Source: Candidatus Nanosynbacter lyticus | Lineage (GTDB): Bacteria; Patescibacteriota; Saccharimonadia; Saccharimonadales; Saccharimonadaceae | NCBI RefSeq assembly: GCF_030253515.1 | Contig: NZ_CP124549.1 | Coordinates: forward strand, 660,001-692,000 | Length of the DNA: 32,000 nucleotides | Reading direction: 5' to 3' | Part shown: in pieces, positions 1-8,001 of the stretch | Layout of the letters: each line of letters starts with the position of its first letter | Numbering within the stretch: the first letter of the stretch is position 1 | Position numbers and translations under genes: made by a program | Notes under the pieces: model-generated | The model's input: the letters and a program-made list of their open reading frames with translations, nothing else | What the model was told of the DNA's origin: nothing | Database searches by the model: none

Positions 1-426
1 ACCGCCCGCTTCACCGGCGCGCACCATGTTGACATACACATCACTAAACGCCTCAGGATGCTTGCTCAGCGCATCAGCGAACGAGGTACCGCCTTCAATC
101 TCCTTAGATACTGCATTCAAAACCTCGCGAAAATGCGGACTCTCGGCGTGCTGCGCCATTGAGTTGAGTGACCTGAGAATTGGCACACCGGCAGACACCA
201 TGGTGCTCAGCTGCCTGGTAAAGCTAACTAGCTCCTCGGTCGGTACTGATTTTTTGCCACCCCCAAAACGAAACCCTTTCTTTTCATCGCCAGCTTCCTT
301 GAGATCGACCAACTTCATGCCCTGAGCTTGAATGAGCTGGATAGCACTGGCGCGACTGCTGGCTTCTAGCTCGCCGTTGATCGGCTGATTGTTATTTTTA
401 GTTGCGATATATTTAAATTTTGTCAT
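1..426 (-). CDS. pilC: Type IV pilus platform protein PilC/GspF family, N-terminal part (gene continues past the window start)
   Basis: Absent from the ORF track because the window edge truncates it. Minus-strand translation from the ATG at 426 gives MTKFKYIATKNNNQPINGELEASSRASAIQLIQAQGMKLVDL...EELVSFTRQLSTMVSAGVPILRSLNSMA...FADALSKHPEAFSDVYVNMVRAGEAGG, a typical GspF/PilC first-repeat signature. The ATG directly abuts the pilB stop (TAAATG). Confidence 0.85.
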   Translation of the reverse strand, partial: MTKFKYIATKNNNQPINGELEASSRASAIQLIQAQGMKLVDLKEAGDEKKGFRFGGGKKSVPTEELVSFTRQLSTMVSAGVPILRSLNSMAQHAESPHFREVLNAVSKEIEGGTSFADALSKHPEAFSDVYVNMVRAGEAGG

Positions 427-2208
427 TTATTGCTCCCTTGTTGCTCTCAAAACTTCCTCTAGCGTTGTCACGCCACGCAGCGACTTGACGAAACCATCCG
501 TCTGCATCGTTACCATTCCTTCGTTGATCGCCTGCTGCTGGATCTCATTACTAGTAGCATTAGCGGTGATCATCTTTTGGATCGGAATCGAAATACCGAG
601 GACTTCGTAAATACCAACGCGCCCCTTGAAGCCATTATGACCGCACTCATCACAGCCCTCAGGATTTGGTCGCCACAAATATTGAATCGTCACGTCGGTC
701 GAACCGAGCGGTGTATTGCCGCCAATCTTGTCAGCCGCCGCCTGCTGCTCCAATGCATGCAGTCGCTGCATCGAGCCCTGCTTGAGGTTAAACATCTGAA
801 CGATATAGGCGAGCTCCCCGGCATCCGGCACATATTGCTGACGACAATGCATACACAATCGCCGCACCAAGCGCTGGCCGATCACCGCCTTGACCGTCGA
901 GGCGATCAAGAATGGCTCAATTCCCATGTCCAATAGACGCGGCAAACAGGTGGCTGCGTTGTTGGTGTGGAGCGTCGAGAACACCAAGTGTCCAGTCAGC
1001 GCCGCCTGCACACCGAGGTTGGCGGTCTCGCCGTCGCGAATCTCACCAACCATGATGATGTTCGGGTCTTGACGCAGCAGCGCGCGTAGTCCCGAAGCAA
1101 AGGTCATGCCAGCTTTCGAGTTAGTCTGGGTTTGGTTGACCCCGGGGATCTTGTATTCAACCGGATCTTCGATGGTTGAGATATTTACATCCGGCGTATT
1201 AAGTTCTGATAGCACACTAAACAAACTGGTCGACTTTCCTGAACCAGTTGGCCCGGTCACCAAGATCATACCGTTTGGTTGCGCCATGGCGTCTTTAAGC
1301 GTACTCAGCGACAACCCCCAATAGCCGAGGCTATCGAGGGCAACCGCCTGATTGGACTCGTCCAAAATACGCATGACGATTTTCTCACCATCAGCGATCG
1401 GCAGCGTCGACACACGCAGCGCGTATTGCTTACCCGAGACCTTGATCTTGAAGCGACCGTCTTGCGGCACGCGGCGTTCGTCGATTTTCAAATTTGACAG
1501 GATTTTGATACGACTAACCAGCGCACCCTGAACATTGCGTGGTAATTTATTCACTTCTTTGAGCACACCATCAATTCGGTAACGAACTTGGACGAAATCC
1601 TCGCGCGGCTCGATGTGGATGTCTGAAGCACCCGACTTGATGGCATATTCCAGCAGCAAGTTAACCGTCTGGGCGATCGGCGAATTCTCAGAAATTTCCT
1701 CTTCAGAGACGTTTTGTGAATCTGATTCAGCACCACTCTGGATTGACACCACTTCATCCAGCTCATCGGTAATGTTACCGCGATAATTCTCCAGGCAGTC
1801 AAGAATGTTGTTTTTTGTCGCCAGGAACACCTTGATGTTGTAACCAATCTCTTTCTGGATGAAGTTCAGCGCCTGTACATCATCCGGGTCTTCCATCGCC
1901 AAACTCAGGACGCCATTATCATCAGCTGCAAACAATACGACATTGTACTGACGGGCAATGTGCTCGGGGATACGCTTGAGAACGTCATCAGGGATATCCT
2001 TTGGCTCGATGGTCACAAACGGCACATTGATATATTCGCCAATCTTTTGCCCGAGCTGTACCTCGCTCAGGATTTTGTGCTCCAAGATAATCGTCTGCAA
2101 CGAATGGTGCGTACGTTCCGCCTCCATCTTTAACTCGGCCAGCTGTGACTCAGAAATTACCTCACCCTGGCGCAAAATCTTCTCAATACTACTGTCAGAA
2201 ATGCGCAT
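427..2208 (-). CDS. pilB: Type IV pilus assembly ATPase PilB (GspE family)
   Basis: 593-aa ORF with Walker A GPTGSGKST. It has GspE Asp/His-box-like segments (RQDPNIIMVGEIRD, TGHLVFSTLHTN) and a tetracysteine motif (CMHC...CDEC). An N-terminal GspE_N-like domain is present. Confidence 0.95.
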   Translation of the reverse strand: MRISDSSIEKILRQGEVISESQLAELKMEAERTHHSLQTIILEHKILSEVQLGQKIGEYINVPFVTIEPKDIPDDVLKRIPEHIARQYNVVLFAADDNGVLSLAMEDPDDVQALNFIQKEIGYNIKVFLATKNNILDCLENYRGNITDELDEVVSIQSGAESDSQNVSEEEISENSPIAQTVNLLLEYAIKSGASDIHIEPREDFVQVRYRIDGVLKEVNKLPRNVQGALVSRIKILSNLKIDERRVPQDGRFKIKVSGKQYALRVSTLPIADGEKIVMRILDESNQAVALDSLGYWGLSLSTLKDAMAQPNGMILVTGPTGSGKSTSLFSVLSELNTPDVNISTIEDPVEYKIPGVNQTQTNSKAGMTFASGLRALLRQDPNIIMVGEIRDGETANLGVQAALTGHLVFSTLHTNNAATCLPRLLDMGIEPFLIASTVKAVIGQRLVRRLCMHCRQQYVPDAGELAYIVQMFNLKQGSMQRLHALEQQAAADKIGGNTPLGSTDVTIQYLWRPNPEGCDECGHNGFKGRVGIYEVLGISIPIQKMITANATSNEIQQQAINEGMVTMQTDGFVKSLRGVTTLEEVLRATREQ

Positions 2209-2263
2209 AATTACCCTTATGCTTGAGTATAGCGCATATCGTATGGGAGTTCAATGAGAAATA

Positions 2264-2605
2264 TTAGCGATTATCGCCCTGCCCGTGCAGCTGCTGGCGG
2301 GCTTGGCGGCTGGCGAGCTTTTGGTTGTTCATCTGGGCAACTTCCTCGAGGCTAGAACCGAGCAGATGCGCCACTGCATTAACATACCACAACACGTCGC
2401 CTAATTCTTTGAGAATCTCTGTGCGGTCATCGTCTGTCAATATGCCCTGCTTGTCGCGAACCAGCTTTTTGAACTTTTCAGCCACTTCGCCCGACTCACC
2501 AACCAGTCCAAGCACTTGTGCCATCAGTCGCGCGTCAACGTCCCCGTATTCATGCGTACCGATCAGTGTCGCGATAGCCTTCTTGGCATACTCATCAATT
2601 GTCAT
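2264..2605 (-). CDS. MazG-family nucleoside triphosphate pyrophosphohydrolase (small, single-domain)
   Basis: Motifs GLVGESGEVAEKFKKLVRD and ELGDVLWYVNAVAHLLG fit the MazG/all-alpha NTP-PPase EExxE/D pattern. I prefer the ATG at 2605 (MTIDEY) because AAGGAG lies 6 nt upstream. The track start at 2620 adds 5 aa. Confidence 0.85.
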   Translation of the reverse strand: MTIDEYAKKAIATLIGTHEYGDVDARLMAQVLGLVGESGEVAEKFKKLVRDKQGILTDDDRTEILKELGDVLWYVNAVAHLLGSSLEEVAQMNNQKLASRQARQQLHGQGDNR

Positions 2606-2624
2606 AGTTTCTCCTTTCAATTAC

Positions 2625-3299
2625 TTACTTTAATTCTGCCACAAATTCCTCAAAAAAGAACGGGTCGTGAAAGAACGTCCGCGCCACGATTTGTTCAACC
2701 GCTGGTGCTAAGTCATAATCCGCCAATCGATGCGGACGAGCCCACACGAGTTCTTCGCCCGCCACAACTTCATCGGTCTCACCATAAAATACGTGCGCCA
2801 GTGTCGATGATAATATCTCCCCCTCAATCAGGACGCGAATATAGCAATCACCTGCGTGTGTCAGCGGTAGCTTATCCACCGCCAATTTCTCGCGTGCCTC
2901 CCGCTGAGCAGCGGCCAAGACCGACTCGTCATCAATGTGTAGCTTGCCATATGGCAGCGTCCAGGTGTCGATATGTGGCTGCTTAGTGCGTCGCTGGAGT
3001 AGCACATCGCCATTAGCATTCTGGATGACAATCATGGTAATAATTTTCGGCTGGGTACGAATTTTGAGTGATTTAATACTAACTCTATCGACATACGATA
3101 GCCCTTCCCGCCCCAGACAGTATCCATCATCCGTCTTGATGACAAATCCCCGCTTCTTCAATAGATTTAAGTGGTAGGTATAGAGATTAGTATCGACTTT
3201 TGGCGGCCGCATATCCCGAAATCGCGCATATTTCATATGCATTAACACGCCAAGGATATGCTTCTGGATGTGATGTTCGGGGATAAATTGGTCAATCAT
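2625..3299 (-). CDS. Winged-helix (N-terminal) plus Nudix-fold (C-terminal) protein, possible nucleotide-responsive regulator
   Basis: The N-terminus HIQKHILGVLMHMKYARFRDMRP...YTYHLNLLKKRGFVIKTDDGYCL looks like a wHTH. The C-terminus carries a Nudix-like box, GKLHIDDESVLAAAQREAREKLAV, with one extra residue before the first Glu and REAREK in place of REUXEE. Confidence 0.7.
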   Translation of the reverse strand: MIDQFIPEHHIQKHILGVLMHMKYARFRDMRPPKVDTNLYTYHLNLLKKRGFVIKTDDGYCLGREGLSYVDRVSIKSLKIRTQPKIITMIVIQNANGDVLLQRRTKQPHIDTWTLPYGKLHIDDESVLAAAQREAREKLAVDKLPLTHAGDCYIRVLIEGEILSSTLAHVFYGETDEVVAGEELVWARPHRLADYDLAPAVEQIVARTFFHDPFFFEEFVAELK

Positions 3300-3314
3300 A
3301 GTTGAGTCAAATTA

Positions 3315-3342
3315 TACTTGCTAGAATTATGCTTGGCAAGTA
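3315..3342. promoter_or_regulatory. Inverted repeat TACTTGC-N14-GCAAGTA in the divergent promoter region between the wHTH-Nudix and HD-CYTH genes
   Basis: The 7-bp arms at 3315-3321 and 3336-3342 are exact reverse complements. TATAAT lies about 20 nt downstream, and AAGGAGG precedes the ATG at 3391. Confidence 0.3.
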
Positions 3343-3390
3343 AATACAATTAATGAGTGCTATAATGCCTATTATTATCAAGGAGGAAAT

Positions 3391-4716
3391 ATGGCTAGCG
3401 AAGTAATACAAGCTCAAGCTAGGGTGGATAATATCAAACCTGTGGAATTGCTAGAGGCACTACGCCAAGAAAAATATCCATCAATAGAGTCATCAAATAG
3501 TCAGGCTCTCGACACACTTCTATATGATAGGGAGCGATGGTCACTGCTGCTGAAAATGTCAAGTCTGGCAATTGAATCCTCTTGCTTGGTGGATAACTTT
3601 TCAGGCGTTGACCGCATACCTCGACGAAAAAACGGAGATCGTGAAACAGATGTAGAACACAGTTTTCTACTGGCGACATTAGCTCCAAATCTAGCACGAA
3701 TACTCTACCCTAATCTTGATATAGATCGTATCCGCCACTACAGCCTTGTTCACGACATGATAGAGATTGAGGTCGGTGATGTCGCAACATTTAACCTGTC
3801 ACCAGATGAACAAGCCGAGAAAGAACGTCGCGAACAGATAGCCTTGAAAAAATTACTAAAGGAACTACCGCTACTTGAAGCCGAAGCGTTAGCGTCATAT
3901 GAGAGGCAGGATACACCAGAGGCTCGTTTTGTCCGCCTCGTTGACAAACTTCTTCCGGCTGTCGTTGACATCACCGGTCAGGGTACTCGAGTTGTCGAAG
4001 AAGACTTCGGCGTCGCAAGTATTGACGAGCTTCGTAGCTCCCATGATAAGCTAGCCATTAAATGGCGAGACGTGTTCCATAACGAATTCCCTGAGCTTGA
4101 ACAACTCTACGCCGTCCTTGCCTATCTTTTTGAAAATAAGTATGAGCAAGAACGTCAAAGACAAAAAGAAACTCATATACCGGAACGACCAAACCAACTG
4201 AAAGAAGTTGAAAGAAAGTGGCTCATCGACCCAGATAATCTTCCTGATGGTCTAGAGAACTATCCTCATGCTGATCTTAAGCAAGGATATTTAGCAGTTA
4301 GTGGTGATGGATCCGAAACACGTATTCGTAGCTTCGGTGATGGTGAGCGGTTTGAGCTAACTGTCAAGACTGCCGGTACAGTTGTCCGCGGCGAGCAAAA
4401 CATTAAGATAACTGGCGAGATGTTCAAGGCACTCTGGCCACAGACCGAAGGCAATCGCGTTGAAAAAACTAGATACTACATACCCTTCACTGACAGTAAC
4501 AATAACCAGCACACGATTGAGCTTGATGTGTATGCGGGACATTTATCAGGACTAGTCACGGCAGAGATTGAATTCAGCGGTCGCGAAACGGAGGCATCGG
4601 TTCGTGCGGATGCCTTCACGCCACCAAAGTGGTTTGGTGATGATGTCAGCGAAGACAAGCGATATAAAAACCGTTCCCTCGCCTCAATGCAGCATGGTTT
4701 CATGAAGCTCGGTTAA
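3391..4716 (+). CDS. Fusion protein: YfbR-like HD phosphohydrolase domain plus C-terminal CYTH (triphosphate tunnel metalloenzyme) domain
   Basis: The HD part reads DVEHSF...(about 30 aa)...LVHDMIEIEVGDV...VRLVDKL, giving the H..HD..D metal ligands as in YfbR 5'-deoxynucleotidase. The CYTH part starts at about aa 272 (nt ~4204) with the ExExK signature EVERKWLI. It is followed by ETRIRSF, ELTVKT, VEKTRY, ELDVY and TAEIEF strands. A strong SD (AAGGAGG) precedes the ATG. Confidence 0.8.
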   Translation: MASEVIQAQARVDNIKPVELLEALRQEKYPSIESSNSQALDTLLYDRERWSLLLKMSSLAIESSCLVDNFSGVDRIPRRKNGDRETDVEHSFLLATLAPNLARILYPNLDIDRIRHYSLVHDMIEIEVGDVATFNLSPDEQAEKERREQIALKKLLKELPLLEAEALASYERQDTPEARFVRLVDKLLPAVVDITGQGTRVVEEDFGVASIDELRSSHDKLAIKWRDVFHNEFPELEQLYAVLAYLFENKYEQERQRQKETHIPERPNQLKEVERKWLIDPDNLPDGLENYPHADLKQGYLAVSGDGSETRIRSFGDGERFELTVKTAGTVVRGEQNIKITGEMFKALWPQTEGNRVEKTRYYIPFTDSNNNQHTIELDVYAGHLSGLVTAEIEFSGRETEASVRADAFTPPKWFGDDVSEDKRYKNRSLASMQHGFMKLG

Positions 4717-5377
4717 TAGATTTCCCTGCTCCCACAAACCCAATCGCTTTCCCCTCGCCAACCCAGCGCTGTTCGTAGGTTGTCATGATCCGGGCATCGC
4801 TCTCCTCGTCAAATCGCTCCGATTCGTGCAGATCAAACGTTAGCCCCCGAAGCTGCCAGCCAGCCACCACCAGCTGCTCCAAGCTCCAGCAGAAAAAGTT
4901 GTGATCATCATGCTTGAGCAGTAGCTCACCGCCCTCATCAAGCAACTTTGCGTACTGCGTTAAAAAATGCGGGTGCGTCAAACGCCTGCCGCTGGAGCGC
5001 TGGCGTGGAAATGGATCGGGGAAAGTGACCCACAACTGACTGAGTGATCCAGCCTCACATAACTCACCCAGCTGGTCTGCTCGCGCCCGCACAAACCAGA
5101 TATTCCTGAGGCCACGCTGCTCGGCCGCACGTGCCCCTTTTTGCAGTCGATCGGCCTTGACATCGACCGCCAGAAACTGCTGCTCGGGATGTCGCGCCGC
5201 CAGCTCGACACTAAACAGTCCCGTTCCAGCACCGACCTCCAGCACGTCAATCGACCGCGGCATCCACTCATCATACTCAAAACAAAGTGGCGAATTGTTA
5301 AATAGTGCGAATTTATACTTCTTGCGCCGCCGGGTGATGACAAATTGATTTGGATCGACAAAACTCATACTTTTCAT
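4700..5377 (-). CDS. trmB: tRNA (guanine46-N7)-methyltransferase TrmB
   Basis: SAM-binding motif LEVGAGTGLFSVELA, followed by FLAVDVK, LWVTFPDPFPRQR and RLTHPHFL. The start could be 5377 (MKSMSF) or 5368. The track start at 5413 would overlap the divergent MscS gene. Confidence 0.9.
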   Translation of the reverse strand: MKSMSFVDPNQFVITRRRKKYKFALFNNSPLCFEYDEWMPRSIDVLEVGAGTGLFSVELAARHPEQQFLAVDVKADRLQKGARAAEQRGLRNIWFVRARADQLGELCEAGSLSQLWVTFPDPFPRQRSSGRRLTHPHFLTQYAKLLDEGGELLLKHDDHNFFCWSLEQLVVAGWQLRGLTFDLHESERFDEESDARIMTTYEQRWVGEGKAIGFVGAGKSINRAS

Positions 5378-5389
5378 TATACTAAACTC

Positions 5390-6292
5390 ATGACGGATAC
5401 GCTTATCAAACAACTGTTAAATTCGTCGCGCGTTGACGAATGGATGACCGAGCATGGGCTAGGCTGGCTGGTAAGCGAGCGGATGGTTGAAACGGTCAGT
5501 GTCGTCATCGGCGCGGTTATCGTTTATTATCTTGGCCGCATCTTCATTACTTGGGCAATTCGCTACGCGATCCACTCCACCGCCAAGCACCGCTCATGGC
5601 ACCGCAAAGATATCGAAAAGCGCGAAAATACGCTGACGCAGCTGATTCGTAGTTTTTGGCGCATCACCATTATTGCCTATATCGCCGCTATGGTCGCCAG
5701 TAAATTATTCTACTTCGACTTGTCACCGCTGTTTGCTAGCGCCGGTATCATCGGCGTGGCGCTCGGATTCGGTGCGCAGTCACTTGTCAAAGATTTTCTG
5801 GCTGGCATTTTTATCATCGCTGAAAATCAATATCGAGTCGGCGACGTGGTTGACGTCATGGGAGCGAGCGGTACTGTTGAGCGCGTCGGCACCCGATCAA
5901 CGGTACTCCGCGATGCTGATGGTAATGTACACTACCTACCAAACGGCACCATCCAGCATGTTATTAATAAAACGATGGGATATAGCATGTCGCGCTTTAC
6001 CTTGCAGCTTGATCCAAGCAGCGACATTAGCCGCGCCGCTGATATCATCAACGAGACCGGCCAACAACTCAGCAAGGAAAAATCTTGGGATAAGAAAATT
6101 ATTGAGCCACCAAAATTTGTTTCCGTCGGCGATATCACTGGTCGATCAGTTGAATTGATCGTTGCTGGAAAAGTTCAGCCATCAGATCAATGGGCGGTTA
6201 CCTCAGAGATGCGCCGCCGGCTCCTCAAAGAATTTGAAAAACAAGAGATTGAGCTAGCTGTCATCCCAACAGCGATAACGCATAAAAATTAA
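5390..6292 (+). CDS. Small-conductance mechanosensitive channel (MscS family)
   Basis: TM helices are followed by the MscS signature LVKDFLAGIFIIAENQYRVGDVVDV..GTVERVGTRSTVLRDADGNVHYLPNG. I prefer the ATG at 5390 (MTDTLIK). The track start at 5345 overlaps trmB. Confidence 0.85.
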   Translation: MTDTLIKQLLNSSRVDEWMTEHGLGWLVSERMVETVSVVIGAVIVYYLGRIFITWAIRYAIHSTAKHRSWHRKDIEKRENTLTQLIRSFWRITIIAYIAAMVASKLFYFDLSPLFASAGIIGVALGFGAQSLVKDFLAGIFIIAENQYRVGDVVDVMGASGTVERVGTRSTVLRDADGNVHYLPNGTIQHVINKTMGYSMSRFTLQLDPSSDISRAADIINETGQQLSKEKSWDKKIIEPPKFVSVGDITGRSVELIVAGKVQPSDQWAVTSEMRRRLLKEFEKQEIELAVIPTAITHKN

Positions 6293-6366
6293 TCGCGAAC
6301 CGAGCCATTAACGAACCACAAAACTATGATAAGGTGATGTGACCAACCTCCCGCTAGCAATAAGAA

Positions 6367-6783
6367 TTACTCTAACGAGCCGTCCTGACCTTGTGTTGTC
6401 GCGCCGCCGGCGCCATTGCCGCCACCATTGACACCCAGCTGATCATCACTCAACACATTGCTAGCAAATGCCCGCGCACCGTCGGCCTTTTTTTCTTCTT
6501 GTTTGTATTTTTGCAGGAAATCATTCAATACCCTACCTGTCACCTCGCCCTGCGCCTCAAACATATCCCGATTACGATCGTTGGAGTTATCAATCTGCGC
6601 CCGATACGGTACATAATCCGGTCGGCTTAAATCCACTCTGAAAGCATCTGACGAATAGTATAAGTGCATCGAGATACCAACGAGCACGATCGACACCACA
6701 ATTACGCTAATTACCATCGTCGGTAATTTATGTTGCATAGTCAGCTCGACCAACCGGCGACTGAGTTGCTTGAGCTTATCCAC
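6367..6783 (-). CDS. Hypothetical membrane-anchored protein with a Gly-rich C-terminus
   Basis: 138-aa ORF with a single N-terminal TM helix (LPTMVISVIVVSIVLVGISMHLYY). It overlaps the upstream ORF by 8 nt, which suggests an operon. I recognise no family. Confidence 0.55.
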   Translation of the reverse strand: MDKLKQLSRRLVELTMQHKLPTMVISVIVVSIVLVGISMHLYYSSDAFRVDLSRPDYVPYRAQIDNSNDRNRDMFEAQGEVTGRVLNDFLQKYKQEEKKADGARAFASNVLSDDQLGVNGGGNGAGGATTQGQDGSLE

Positions 6784-7318
6784 GACTACCTCCGCTTGAT
6801 AGTTTCACTTTGAGCTGCTCCACCGCCACGCGGTAATCCGCCGCCAGTTTACTCATCGTCGTCACCGATTCGCTGACCTGCCGACGTGCATCGCGCGTCT
6901 TGATCAGCTGCGCATAAAACTCGCCCGGCTTGTCGCTACAATCCGTCTTGACTAGTGCCGCCAAATTGGACTCATACTCATTGTATTGCTGAGCAAACGC
7001 CTTGCGCGCCTCTTCGTAGTCGCGAGCGATCATCACCATTCGCGAGCTGTCAACCTGCGCCAATGCCAAACGGCTATTTAGTTTGGCGATGAGATTAGTC
7101 GAGATTGTGTTGTATGCTTGGCCGGCGTTAACCCGCAGCAAGGCGTCGTTATGCTGAATCCGCTGTAATGTCGAACGAATAGACTGACACTGGCTGCGGA
7201 TCAGATGGAGCGGCGGCGAACTCGGCGCAGTCTGTGCCATAGCAATACCCGACCGTATCATTACGCCGGCCAGGCTAATACCGCACACAAAAAACGCGAG
7301 ACTACGAAGATGTTTCAT
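6776..7318 (-). CDS. Hypothetical secreted alpha-helical protein
   Basis: 180-aa ORF with a signal-peptide-like N-terminus (MKHLRSLAFFVCGISLAGV...AMAQT). The remainder is helix-rich. I recognise no family. Confidence 0.55.
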   Translation of the reverse strand: MKHLRSLAFFVCGISLAGVMIRSGIAMAQTAPSSPPLHLIRSQCQSIRSTLQRIQHNDALLRVNAGQAYNTISTNLIAKLNSRLALAQVDSSRMVMIARDYEEARKAFAQQYNEYESNLAALVKTDCSDKPGEFYAQLIKTRDARRQVSESVTTMSKLAADYRVAVEQLKVKLSSGGSRG

Positions 7319-7361
7319 CTTTTTTATTATCTCGCGTTTTTGCGTTTAGGTCAAACTGCTA

Positions 7362-7637
7362 CTACGACTTCTTGAAATGTTTCTCGGTGTCGGCCTTGAC
7401 CGTACGAGCGGTTCCAGTAACGACATCGCCAACTTTTTGAGCGCCGACCTTGGCTGCTTCAGCGCTATCTTTGGCGGCAGCCTGGGCTTTTTTGGCAGTT
7501 TTGACAGTGGCAGTTTTTAGCTCACCAGCTTTTTTCTTGATGTCAGCGCGAGTTTCCTTGCCGCTTTTTGGTGCGGTCAAAATACCAGCCACGAAACCAG
7601 CCGCTGCGGCGCCGAGAACTGTTAATACTTTTTTCAT
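7362..7637 (-). CDS. YtxH-like general-stress protein
   Basis: The N-terminus MKKVLTVLGAAAAGFVAGILTAPKSGKETRADIKKKA matches the YtxH-domain pattern (TM plus APKSGKETR). The tail is Lys/Ala-rich. Confidence 0.75.
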   Translation of the reverse strand: MKKVLTVLGAAAAGFVAGILTAPKSGKETRADIKKKAGELKTATVKTAKKAQAAAKDSAEAAKVGAQKVGDVVTGTARTVKADTEKHFKKS

Positions 7638-7685
7638 ATATATCTCCTTGTTTGTTTTTATTAAATTGATATATGGAACAGATAA

Positions 7686-7907
7686 TTATTTTTTGCGAAA
7701 GAGTTGCACGACTTCAGTAAATAACTTTACTGGAGACAGCCACTCAGTTGCTTGAGCGATGTTAGACACCGCCGCTTCAGCCTGGTTGACGAGGCGCTTG
7801 AGCTTCGTCAGCAGTGAAATTATTACACCGAACAAGACAATAATCGTCACCGAGTGAATAATGATCACTACGGTCATCAGTATAATAACTGTTTGCATGT
7901 CTTCCAT
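7686..7907 (-). CDS. Small membrane protein, DUF948/YtxG-like
   Basis: 73 aa with an N-terminal TM helix followed by an amphipathic helix. It sits directly upstream of a YtxH-like gene, as in the Bacillus ytxG-ytxH arrangement. The assignment is tentative. Confidence 0.5.
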   Translation of the reverse strand: MEDMQTVIILMTVVIIIHSVTIIVLFGVIISLLTKLKRLVNQAEAAVSNIAQATEWLSPVKLFTEVVQLFRKK

Positions 7908-7952
7908 ACCCTTCCTTTGTTACTGTTTATGTTTGTCGTATTGACTGTGGCT

Positions 7953-7981
7953 ATGATAGCATAGGCAGTTTGAAATGTCAA
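7953..7981 (-). promoter_or_regulatory. Sigma70-like promoter for the DUF948-like/YtxH gene pair
   Basis: The minus strand reads TTGACA (7981-7976), a 17-nt spacer, then TATCAT (7958-7953). It lies about 45 nt upstream of the ATG at 7907. Confidence 0.4.
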
Positions 7982-8001
7982 TAGCTTAGCGCTCTATTCT
8001 G

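Noticed and set aside
5345-5413. Apparent 69-nt overlap between divergent trmB and the MscS gene using the longest ORFs
   Set aside because: Internal starts (trmB at 5377 or 5368, MscS at 5390) remove the overlap and give N-termini typical of each family.
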